Below are positions 1 through 12,066 of a stretch of 64,000 bases of DNA, in pieces. Numbering within the stretch: position 1 is the first letter of the stretch; each line of letters begins with the position of its first letter. Under the pieces are notes generated by a model. It was not told the DNA's origin and searched no databases. It saw only the letters and a list, made by a program, of their open reading frames with translations. The translations under genes were made by a program, and so were the position numbers. Origin of the DNA: Chlorokybus atmophyticus (taxonomy: Eukaryota; Plantae; Mesostigma and Chlorokybus algae); contig RHPI01000560.1 of assembly GCA_009103225.1 (NCBI GenBank), forward strand, positions 293,465 to 357,464, read 5' to 3'.

Positions 1-1093
1 AAGAGAAAGCTTAATTGTCAAGTACTGCTCCTTTGTGCGCTGCCAGAACTCTGGTCAGTCTGCAATGAACAGACAGATTCATGTGAGCGGTTGAAATGTT
101 GTCGTCAGCAAACGACAGTCACGCTGTTCGCGCCCTACGCGTAGGTCACACGCTGCGTGTGGCTGGATTGCGTAGTTCGGCAAGGGAGTGTCTGCAGGGT
201 TGATCAATTGAAGCGAGAAGGAGCGCGGTGGTATTGCATAGCGCCGACAATGGTTTCGTATGCACAGGCTAGCTGTTGACCCTAGGTCAACACAACCATG
301 ATGATCGCGTGCGCTGGATGTGCGCATTGCGCTGTTTCACCCATGGTGTTTGCACAATGGCTTTGTTTCTTACAGTGAAGGAGGCCAGCTTGACAATTTG
401 CATATCTGAATTCTGAAAATATGTACATGAACCAGCTGCTAATCTTACAGAAACTCATACCAACTCGCCCAGCCATCGTTTACTATGATGAGTTGTGAAG
501 GTTGATTGCGATGCATGTAATTCACATTGTCCGCACACCATGCATGTAGGCACAGCACCATACCCCTCATATACACTTCTGGATGCACTGTCAGCAGAGA
601 TATGGTGCTGGCTCAAAAGTTACATCTTGACAAGGCCGCACCTGTTGAAGTCCGTTGCAGCAAAGATATGTTACTATGAGCGCATTAGTCCAATGTTTTG
701 CTACATCACGCGCGCGTGCATATGCTCATGCACAATCGTCAATCAGACATAATCATCACAGGCAGGGCCCCACTTGCTAACAAGGTCGGTGCAGCCTCGC
801 TGGATGGACTCGGATAGCGGATGCGGCCCATCGCCAGAGGTAGTACTGCAATGTGTGGCCGTATGGTAGTTTACTGCAGCGGTAGCCTGCATGCACTTTA
901 ATTGCAACTGATGTGCGCTCGAAACATTAAGTGCTACAGCGCAATGATATTCTGCCCTCTAACCCGCATCGCTGCGAGTTGCTGCATCAGTGCAGCATAC
1001 ACCGAATTGGATACGCATGCAACTGTGATTAATGAAACTGAGCAGGTATGGGACAATGTCAGCATGCCTAGGGCTGGCCGCAAATGGTGGTGC

Positions 1094-1124
<31 letters not shown>

Positions 1125-1195
1125 CGCATCAATGTACATTCAAGCTCACAAGTGCAGTGCAAGGTCACCAGCCACGGGTAGGCTTGATACATTCA

Positions 1196-4100
1196 TTAGC
1201 TTTGTAACAGTGTTTGAACAGGTCCGAGCTGTCTGCGACTGCTCAGCATGCTCATCAACTTGAGCGCATCGACCCACGCGTCCATGCGTTCATCCAAGTC
1301 AGCAACGAAGTACTGGGGGCCAAGCACCGTTGAGACACAGAACGCCGAGCCGGCGGGAAGACTCAAATCTCCAAACGGTTCAACCGCAATGATGTCCAAC
1401 AAGGGAATTGTTGCTTGATCTGCGTCAAAAGCGCCGCTGCTGTCCACCTGAGGCCAAACAATAACCACAATCAGAGCATTGCAGCATTGGAGGATACTGG
1501 AGGATACTCTAATCCGCAACATATGGCCACCTCATGCACATTCGCTTACCAATGCATCTTTTGGTGGCCGAGCCTCGCGGAATGATTCGTGATCCAACAC
1601 GAGCCATTTTCGTCGCCAGTGCTCATGCGTGAGGATGCCATCGAGTGGTTGGGCCAGCAGAAAGCCTGCCTTGATATAAGGCAGTGGCAGCTGCGACCAA
1701 GCAACCTGTTAGCATGGACTGTGCACAAACAACCAAGATACACGCAGACCTCATCCTTGTCTGCATGTGCGACTGGCAGCATATGCAACCCTGGCTGTCG
1801 CATGTAACATGCACTTGGTACAAGCAAGACAAGCACTTACCAATGGACGCACGAGGCCCAAGGCGCCAGTATACACTGTGTGCGCTGGCTTCAAAGCGTA
1901 AGCAACGCAAATATACAGGGCTGCAATGCTGTGCAGCTCAGCAGCAGTCAGATTGCTGAAACTGCCTCGTCTCATCTCCTCTGCGCGTCCGTACACCACA
2001 GTCCCCAGGTTGTACACGGCCTGCGAGCCATTCTGTCTTTAGCATGGCACCTTGGTCTACTCAGACTGCACGAATGGATATGAGGACTGCTGGGCTTCAT
2101 AGCACTGGTGCAACAAATGGACACAGTGCACTACAAGTGAGGTGCGCGTATTGTCTGTATGTTCTTGTCCTACACAGAAGCAGTCAATACCTTGTGAAAG
2201 TCGGTGCGCAGGCGGATGGCAGAGCGAAACCGGGTTATGCTTTGTGCAACAAACTCAGCGCGCTGTTCAAGTGGGCCTGTGGTCGCCACGTCTTGCAGGG
2301 CCAAACCCCAATTGTTGTAAGCCTACAAAATCAGGCAAGCAAGGTATCAGGATCGTATGTCACTGCTGGCAGGTCACTCCACCATCATACCTGTGGGCTA
2401 TTCCAGTTCAATACAACAGCTCGCTGATAGCACGCGCAGGCTTGCAGGCACAACTTATGGGCGTCTGCCCCATTCTTTTGCAGCTTGGCTAGGTCTGCAT
2501 CACGCAACAACAACTTAGCACTGCCTGTCATGACAGCCGCAAGTTAGGAGTGCATAGCAATTTGCAACTAACCTGACAATGCCATGCCCCAGTTGTAGTG
2601 TGCTTCATGAAAGTTGGGAGAATGCTGTGTTGCCTGAGCGTATTTTACACAGGCGTCTTGCAACAGCATCGCACGCTGCATTTCCAGAGCAGGGCCTGCA
2701 CCAACACTGTCTGCCTCCACCTGTGTTGTCAGAGGTCTTGGTTAGGGCACAACATTCTGCAAGCATATGTACACGGTATGGACAATAACCAAACAGACTG
2801 CACACTCAGCGAAGCTGCGGTAACCCTATTGCGAGTGATGCATTGTAAAGTGACGCTGCAATTTGCTCTACTTGTCTGAAATATCCTCACCTGGAGAACC
2901 AGTCCCCAATTGTACCAAGCGTCATAGTCACTGGGTGACTTGGCCACAGCCGCTTCATACCGCTTGGCAGCGGCTGCGCGAGCTCGCTGTCTGGCCCGCT
3001 CGTCAGCAGCTGCTGCATGCTTTTGACCATACATGGCGTCCTCTGAAAGCACAACGCTGTCCATCTGGCCTGTTTTATGTGAGCCTGAACATCATGCAAT
3101 ATCCAGTTATAATACGTGTCGCAGATATCGAACAGACACCACACGTGCGTATCTGGTTGAACATCTGCAGCATAGAGTGAGGCACACATACACACAAACA
3201 TGCACATCAATCAGGGCTTAACATGCACCCTTGCGGCACTCCCTGTTACGTCAGTGCAGCCACGAACGCAGAAGGCAGGACACAAGGTAATTCCACATAC
3301 CTGTGTACCAGGAGTGCGGCCCTGCAACTGGCATGTGAACATCCGTGTCTTCAGCACTGGCAGAAGCACTGGTAGCATTTGGTGAGTGTGCAGAGGACTG
3401 AGAGAGTATGGATGATGCAAGTTGCAATTCGAGCGCAGCTGTGCGCTGTGTCAATTGGCCAACTACTGCGCGCGTTATGGCCCACGTTGACTCTTCATCC
3501 TACAAAGCAAGCTCAGCATGTGTATCGCTTATGTGCGCCCATTGCAAGGCAATGTCGACTACATCAAGCAATGTACCTGGCGGGATGTGCCACTAGTAGA
3601 TGCTTGGCTGCTGCTGGCTTCCTCAGGCCGAGAGACTGCCGGCACTGATGCTGATGGCTGCGTCACGCTTGTTGTAGAAGCTGGAGACACTTGCGGGGAT
3701 GACGCTTCCGACGCTGTTGACGCAGCAGGCTCTTCTGTTGTTGAGGTGTCCAATTCAACTGCACAAGACTCTTGGCTCTCAGCAGGTTGAGGATCTGCTG
3801 CCTGCGCTCCTGAACTTGCAACCTTTGGGGCTTGCACGGACTGCGTTGCTTCGTGCGCAGCTTCGTCCTTAGGGTTGGTAGCTGCTGGTTCGGTTTCAGC
3901 AGCAGCTGCTGTTAACTCCACAGCAGAGGACGCAACGTGTTCTTCAGGCAATGCTGCAGCCGCCGCACTGATTGCAGCTGTGCGTGTTGCCTCCAATTCA
4001 TCATCCATATTGTACAAGTCGCTGCTATCCGATGTGCGCCTGGGGCTGAAGTGCTCCGGTGCTGTCACCACGGACTCTGTATCCACATCAGAGCCGTGAT

Positions 4101-4864
4101 CTCGATCCCCTTGGCCGTCGGTGATGACATCCGACTCACCTGGATCTGACAGCCCGTTTGCAGGAGCTGCAGCCGCTTCCTTTTCAGGCTTCAAGTCTGG
4201 TGTAGAATCTCTATTGTTGGAGTGGGACTCCACTTCGGCCTCCTCCGTTACACCATTCTCATGCTCATGCGACACACCAGCTAATTCAACTTCATCCTGC
4301 ATGTGCACTGTTTGTGGCTTTCTATGTACACCTTGATAACTCTTCTGACTGCAGGTGCCCCGCATCAAGTGAGCCATGCGTTGTTGCTTGCCAGATTTAG
4401 CTCAATACTCTGCTGTGGACCCGCAAACACGCCCCCACTTACAATGCCATGCACGTGCGCTCTGATAGTAGTCCTCCATGACCCAATCAACATCTCCTCG
4501 CAGCGCAATGCATGGCTGTCTAGGTGTAACTAGCGTAGCGTGTGAGACCAAGCTTTGAAGAGCAGCATCCTGTGCTTAGCTAGACTGTTCAGCACCAAAC
4601 TTCCATGAGATTTTGCGATCTATATATGAGAGCCCAACGACAGGACCGAGGTCACATCTAGCCCTTGTCCCCTTGATCAGCGCAATGGTGTCTTACCGGT
4701 TGACTCGAGTGCTCCGCTTCAGCAGCCTCGTAATGGTCGTCCTCGTCCTCGTTGGCGATGGCAGCGGCGGCGGAGGGGTCGGTAGTGGTGGCAGAAGCAG
4801 CAGCAGATTTTTGAGCAGCAGGCTTCTTGCCCCCCTTGCCGCCCCGGCCCTTGCCCTTAGCCAT
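1196..4864 (-). CDS. HLB1: HLB1-like TPR + PH-like domain protein (multi-exon)
   Basis: Exon 1 MAKGKGRGGKGGKK..SSQP|gtaag, then an acidic low-complexity exon (3559-4300). TPR exons follow: KRYEAAVAKSPSDYDAWYNWGLVLQ, LLQDACVKYAQATQHSPNFHE, ALQDVATTGPLEQRAEFVAQSITRFRSAIRLRTDFHK, YNLGTVVYGRAEE..SIAALYICVAYALKPAHTVYTGALGLVR. Then AYIKAGFLL..HWRRKWLVLDHE and a PH-like end (SAFCVSTVLGPQYFVAD..DAWVDALKL). These match my recollection of Arabidopsis HLB1 in order. Confidence 0.85.
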
Positions 4865-4932
4865 GCCCACCACCTTCACCACCCACCTCCAACAACCAAT
4901 GCACAACAGTGGCTATTTACCTCACTCACATG

Positions 4933-5037
4933 AAACCCTAACTTGGGACTTGCGCCGACACTTTGACTGCTGTCGGCACAGGGCATACTGTCAACGCACG
5001 CGATGCCCGTTTGACAGAAGCAAAGCAGAAACCCTAA
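4933..5037 (+). promoter_or_regulatory. Two telo-boxes (AAACCCTAA) in the divergent promoter of HLB1 and the hypothetical gene
   Basis: AAACCCTAA at 4933-4941 and 5029-5037, between start codons at 4864(-) and 5294(+). Confidence 0.6.
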
Positions 5038-5293
5038 CTTTGATTTCGTTTTTCCCGCGCAAAAGCAACGGCTGTTTGCTGACCTTGGTGGGGGGGCGGC
5101 GGCGGTGTGGGTGGGGTGTGGGACGTCACCGGCGCCAAGCATTTGCTATCCTGTCTGTGTGCCTGCTAACTCAGGTGTTTGCCTGTGTCTGTGACTGCTT
5201 TGGTGGAAAGGGCGGTTGGTGAGGGTCCTGGTTGTCCTGTGCATAGTGGTGGGCAGCCAGTGCTTGTGCGGGTTGAGTTATTGGTGGCGCTCA

Positions 5294-6854
5294 ATGGGCG
5301 AGGCGGATGGACTCTCTTCCGCCGCTGCTTCTGAGCGAAGCAGGATGGCACGGCTGCTCCAGATCTTTCAGAAGTTTCAGAAGGAGTTCCGGGGCGAGGT
5401 GGTGTCCCTCTTTGACATGCTCCTTTGCGAGGTGCGCGATGGAGGAAAGCTTCCGTGTTACCTCAGTGCTTAAAACAATCAACCTTGTCTTCTGTTTTGC
5501 TTTATGACTGAATGGTTCAAGCACTTTGTGTTGTCTCTCACACAACTTGCAGGAGCTGCAGTCACCAAGCACACCGCTCAAGAAGCGAGTCAGCACATGC
5601 GACGCCAGATTTCTTGACTTGGTTGAAGTGCTTTGCGAGAAAGTAGGCCCGCCTCCGACTCGACTCCTCAGCTGGATCCGAACCGTGTCTGAGATTGAGC
5701 AGGTCAGCTTCAGTATGTGTTTGATGCGCATTGCACAGGTGCAATGGCTTGTTTAATGCAGCACCATAACTGTTTGTGTCACGTGTATTGCGCTTTCAAG
5801 TACACATCTTATCATACGGTGTGGCCGACTTAACTTACGTGACTCAAGTTGATACTCTTGGTTGGTTTCTCTTGCAGCTTGAGGAGTTTGAGCGAGCCAC
5901 AACGGTAGGCGGAGCTTGTGTGCCTTAGCTTGTGCTTGCTACTTGCTACTATGGCACGTGCTGTTGCTCGAACAGCTTGTCATGCGTTGGACCTATGCAG
6001 GAAGATTTCAACGATCTTTGCGAAGATTTGAAGGTCAGTTTCCTTGGTCACTCATACAGTTGCAAGAACCGCTTGACAGTGGCTCAACAAACGGTGGCTT
6101 GTCTTCTGGGGTCCTCTGCTGCAAGCTGTTTGCTGACTGATACCCTCAACAGATTACCAGCGGCTTGTTACAACTTGACCAATGCTGGGAGCAAAGCTGT
6201 GCCAGCAAAGACTCCCTAGCCCCGTAAGCTAGTGTTGTGCTGCGCAAAATGAGTGTCACACATTGGCATAGGCACATGAAACACGCACCTTTGAGTTGTG
6301 TGACACTCCTGTTCACTGGGCAACGTTCTTGTGCGTGTGCAGTCCTCCCTTGAAGACAACGCCTTCACAGCTTGTGCGCTCACAAACAGTGGAGCTTTGG
6401 CGCTTGGAAAAAGACTACTACACATCGCTCGTTGCACAGGTATCATCATAGTCTCCACTGATTCTCATCTACGTTGGCGTGCATCTTGGGTTGCGCAGTT
6501 ACACACACTCTCAAACTCAGCCCTTGTGCTGATGCTGTGTATGCAGCAGGCACAGCATCAGCACTAGATGAGTCTCACTTTTGTCTGACTATGCAGCTGA
6601 AACACGAGGAGGCAGCAAGGGAACTGGCGCTTGACAAGCAAAAGCAAGCCGTAGCAGCTGCTGTTGCTGAGCTGACATGCCTCGTGCAGGCCGGACAGCA
6701 GGTAATAGCGATTGGCAAGTGTCTACATCCTTCCGTTCCATTGTGCATTAACCGCTGGCTTTACACATCTTGGCTGTAGGTGTATGCTGCAAGCAAAGCT
6801 TGGGCATCGAGGCCAGCACCTGTGGGAACACTCATGGACTGCAGCCCTGATTAA
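5294..6854 (+). CDS. Hypothetical multi-exon helical/coiled-coil protein
   Basis: ATG at 5294 (MGEADGLSSAAASERSRMARLLQIFQKFQKEFRGE). AG/GT-bounded exons: ELQSPSTPLKKRV..SEIEQ, LEEFERATT, EDFNDLCEDLK, LKHEEAARELALDKQKQ..AGQQ, VYAASKAWASRPAPVGTLMDCSPD*. No family recognised. Confidence 0.6.
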
Positions 6855-9800
6855 GAGACGGTTCAATGACATCAAACATCTTGCTTACACTCCTCTCCAT
6901 ACCGGCGCACTGTGTCAATAACAACTGTACATTCTGAACGCCATGCCTGTTACTGGTGGCGTCGCCTTCTTACCTCAGATACGTACAGTCACCATTGCGC
7001 ATAGGCAGCATACCACATAAGCAGCATGCGCGTTGATCCATGGGCATTAGCAAGTGGCTGCTGCAGGCACTGACAGTCATCATTATCATTGTATCAAATC
7101 CCTACCATGAAATTTCTCAGCACAGATGGTGACACTCAATACTACATGCAAATGTACAGGGTGACACTAGCCGACGCTGAAGGTTGTTCCTGTTGGAAGT
7201 TCTTTGTACTAGTATATATGACAGGCAAGGTGTATGGCAAAGCGGTAGACAGTAGAATGGCACTGAACCTGAGCCTTGGTGGTGTCCTTGTGCTAGTGTA
7301 CAGATTTCAGTGCATGTGGCTTGAGTGATGTGTTTGCTATGCTATACGCTATAAGCAAAGACAGCAAGCAATGGTATCACGACCAGGCAGCAACCATGCA
7401 CCTCTTGTCGGCTTGTAAGCCTGTGTGAGCTTGTATGTGCACGAAATGGCATGTATGAAAAATGACTTGTTCCCTATGCACAAGGGCAGTCCCAAGACCT
7501 GAATAGATGAACTGAATATGTTACCACATAATGTATGCTGAGTGATAGCAAGGTAGGGAGTGGTGCAAAGGGGGAGCACGGACAGGAGGAGCAGAGCAGC
7601 AGCAGACAATAGGCTGACATTGCAAGTAGTGGTATGTGGTGCACATGTGTGCACCTACGCAGATATTGTAGCAGTCTTCTTGCATGCTATCTGCTGACAG
7701 ACACCCACCTTACTGTGCTTGCAGTTACAGCCAAAGCGCATGTATGCGCATATGTGATCCATGGCCTATGCTCACCATAGCAACCACGTTACCCGGTAAA
7801 GCCTGAGGCGAAATGGTAGTTCATGATGGTAGGGGCTAAACCACAACTACAAAGATTACACATCACAATCAATGGCACGTGCTTGCACTTGAGATTGCCT
7901 TTACTTGTTTACTGTAGCGGTACACATGACATAAATAGATTTTCAAGCAGCATGTAACAAGTCCGGGGCACGCCACAGTCTCACTGCCCACTTTCGGCAG
8001 TGACTGTGGCGATGGTTCACAGGTTAGTCGTGTGGGCTGTTGGCGGGGTGTAGGCACGCTGTGAGGTGTGTTGCTAGCAAGGGCTTTGGGCCAGCCCCTT
8101 ACGGCCGTTGCTTTTGTTGTTAACTTGATGTTGCTGTTGCTATCATATGCCTGGCATAACGGACTTGTTACACACTGTGCACACGTGCTAGCAAGGCTGC
8201 ATAGTTGCGTACACACTGCATCTTGTCTATGTAACATGTTCATTAAATCTGTGACATGTGCTATTTATCGCGCATGCTTATTGGCATTGGCATTGGCGTT
8301 GACATTGCGTCGATGTCATCTGAAAGCCTTTTAGGCCTTGATGGGCTCGGGTGGTATAGCCCTAATTGGTTGCAGACATGTGCTTTCCCAATTTAGAACA
8401 CACCCATACATACCCACATTAATTGATGAATCTTTCTGAATTCGTGTCCATATTGGTTACTCGACAACTAGATATGCTGCGATGTTTCAATTCAGTTGTT
8501 ATTTCCAGCTCCTACCAAATGGTGCATCACGCCTAATGGCTCATGCTTGCACTTGAACTTGTTCACTTGTCTTGAGATTGTGAGCAAATATCGTACACCA
8601 TGGTGACACGTGATTGAATCATTTTTGTCAACATGAAGTTAAGGTAGCTTTGGGTTAATAATTATTGATGGTTTTAAATTAATGGCATTTATGTAATTTG
8701 TATTGCACTATTACATGCATTCTTATCTTATCATATTCCATCCTCAACTACACGAGCTATATGTTTAATTGATCACAACAACTACTTATCAATGCAATAG
8801 TTTCATGTAGCAACATTTGGTATGCGTAACAAACAATTATTTAACTGATTATCCAAGACCAAGTGATTAAACATATTGCTGGAGATTTAGCTCGTTTGCT
8901 GGAATTTGTCTAAAAATTTGCCATTTGCGTCAAGCATTCCCGTTAAGGTAATTACCTTCACGAATTCAAAAACTCTTGAAGACGAATATAATGATGTTTA
9001 ACATATGTGTTGGATTGTGTAAAGGGCAAGATTGTCACACCTCCAAAGATGTTGCCAAAGTCCAGCGGCGTTCTACCAACTATTAATGATGCCATTTACT
9101 AATATGCATGTTGCTACTTGTGTGCAGAATAATATACCTTTGAATGTAAATGTTCATAATGTAGCTATGCGTGTGTGAGTGTGTTCATGCTTGATTGTTA
9201 GAGCAACATGCAAAAAGGAAACACCAACTTCTCGGAGTTGGGCAAAGATGGCGCCTGGGAAAAACTTGAAGTGAGGAATGCAAGGGCCCTCATAAAGTCT
9301 AAGATTTGCCAGCGACCAGGGGTCAAGAGCATATTGATACCTGGCAACGAACGAAGGAGAAGTTCACTTGAACTTAGTCAGACAAATGGCACGTAAGTAG
9401 TTGCTGTTTCGCTGTTGCTGCTAACGACAATAACAGTAACTGTAACTCACTGGGCCGTATGACCTTGGGAAACTATGGGTCGTTTTGCACCCTGGATCAC
9501 ATCAGTTTTGTTGACACCTTCAAGCGCAAGTGCAAGCTATCACAGTATTGTTTTTCCACAAGATCCAACCATTTCCAGCGGTGTTGAACAGGCTGAAGAG
9601 CAATTGGCTGGACTTTCCCTGCAATTTGGAGACTTACAAGAGGTTGGAGCCGGCTAAAGGGGCCTTTGATGGCCACGACTAAGAGAATTTGCAATTGATG
9701 ATAATATTTTACCATATGCATGTAAAGCCATTAAGTGCACATGAGCAATGTGCACATTATGGTAAACAAATCTAGTAGATACTGATCAGCACACAAACTA

Positions 9801-10377
9801 CTTACAAACCATGTAACCAGCAACTATTGCATATTACATGACACACAATGGATGTTTTATGCATGATCATATGAAATTACATATGCTACATAAAAGAATA
9901 TGTACATTTGTCTAACATGAAATATCATACATGACTATCATTATATTTGCGAAGTTATATGCAGCATATGAACTATATTGCACAATGTACATTATCATAA
10001 TAAGTCTATTACTTGAATTATTTTAACTGGATATCACGCAATGAATGTAAGTACTTGTCAGTAGCTTGAAGATCACATGTTTTACATTAAACACATCCGC
10101 TGCTATGTACCGCCTTATGTTACTTTACAACTTGTATAAATCTATATCATGAGTGACACTCACATTGTGTGTCAATGTGGGTCACTCACCATACAAACAC
10201 GGTGTGAAGCACTCTAGTTCTACCTATCCAGACATTGTCCAGCGGACAAGCTAACAGCTGTGCCATCATAGTGGCACATCTGTAACGCAAGGACTTGGTG
10301 AACCTTATGTACATGTATGTACTGCATGAACCATGTGCATGAACCAGGCACGTTACGTGGCGCTGTAGATTGCAGCC

Positions 10378-11932
10378 ATGGCATCCATGGCGGCAGTAGC
10401 GGCGGCGCCGTTGTTGCTCGCGTCCACGGCGACGCCGTCCATCTGCAGAGCGCAGCAGTCCAGGCGCAGGTTATCAGGCAGTCACGGTGAGCTAGCCACT
10501 TGAACTCTTGATTTACAAACGCAACTTTGTGGCTTTGCGCCGCCAGCGCTGCACCTCAGTCAACTCACACCTCATGCATGACACACAAGAACCCAGTACA
10601 AACACCACCACTGTGGGTGAGCGAAGTTCTATCGCTAACGGATTTGTCAACATTCTCTCATCCGTTTTGTTCACCCATCCACTTTGTAGTACAGTCAGGC
10701 ATGCTGGCATTCATTCATTCAGCTTTGCACTCATGCGGCCAACGCATTTGTATGGTTGGTGTGAAAGAGAAGAGCAAGAAGACAATACAGTCGGCCCATT
10801 CTGTTTCTTGTCCTGCCAGACAGCAGCGAAGCCAAGTGTGCTATGACAGTCCTGACCGCATCAACAGTCAGTTTGAGAGACGAGTATTCAGCGCGCTTGC
10901 GCGCTATGTTGCATGCTATGCTCCTCAAGTCGAGTTTGCCTGCCTCGTTGTAATGCAAATGCTGCTGGGTATTGGCAAGGTTGGGCAACAGGTGTTGCTT
11001 AGTAAGGCCATCCCTGTCATACGAGGTTGTTAGATATTGGTTAGAGTTGGTCAAGAACTGCATTTTTGTCATGCATGATTTATACACGGCAAGTGATCAC
11101 AGTCCCTTCAGCTCCGGCTTGAGTACAAACTGTGCGCACATACTGTCTACCAACTGATGCAGCGTTGTGTGCCGAGCAAGCAGACTTGTTGCTGTTACAT
11201 GCAGGATTGTTGCCCCCACAACAGGGGTAGAGTTGCCCAAAAGTCCACACACAAATGCACTGTGTACTAGGGAGAGTGCGCGGAGGGGCCAGAAACATGT
11301 TGTCACTGTTGTTGTCGTGGGTATCCTCATCCTCTACTTTTATGTGTTGGTAGGTGTTGTGAAGCCATGCTTTGCAGGCAGCACGCGCACGCTTGGCCGG
11401 ACTCTGTTGTCCCGCAGTGCACGACCCGTCACGCATTCAGTAGCAGTCAGGTGTTCCACTGACCCTCCGCCTGAACCACAGCAGGTACGGTGGGGTTGGC
11501 GTGCGCGAGTCTGAGTGAGCACGCTACCATGCGCGCGCTCGTGTGTGTTCGCTCGTGTGCATGTCAGTTTCTGTTGGTCTGATTGCAGTCGCCCAGCTTA
11601 CACTGTTTCTAAACTGTCTGTGCATGCAGAAATTGGATGCATCCCCTCCATCCACCCCGCCAGCAGCAGAGGACGAGTACAAGCCCGGGTTCGTGGGTTC
11701 GGCAATACTCATTGTGCTCACAGTGGTAAGCATACTTACTTTGTGGTCAAGACAAAGGACTAGCTGCTGGCGTTGCAAACCATACCTCTGTCACGTTGTC
11801 CGTGTCTGTTTGTTTGTGCTGAGCATGGCGCTGTGGCAGTTTCTGTTCGGAGCTTCTCTGTTCACTACCCTGGGCAGGAACTTCTTGCCTGACCTCGCAG
11901 AGCCAGCACCAATCGAGGAGATGCAGAAATAG
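10378..11932 (+). CDS. Small plastid-targeted single-pass membrane protein (~135 aa), unknown family
   Basis: Four exons splice in frame: MASMAAVAAAPLLLASTATPSICRAQQSRRRLSGSHG|STRTLGRTLLSRSARPVTHSVAVRC-STDPPPEPQQ|KLDASPPSTPPAAEDEYKPGFVGSAILIVLTV|FLFGASLFTTLGRNFLPDLAEPAPIEEMQK*. It has a Ser/Arg/Ala-rich transit peptide ending in VRC and one hydrophobic helix. Confidence 0.7.
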
Positions 11933-12066
11933 TGATGGCAGCTGAGTTGCACGCCACAATTTGGCATGGACACAACACATACCATAGACAATAGACACAG
12001 CCGCAATTGCTGCAATTGATCAATTTTGGTTCACTCTATGAGCTATGTTATACAAACTGTTGTGCG

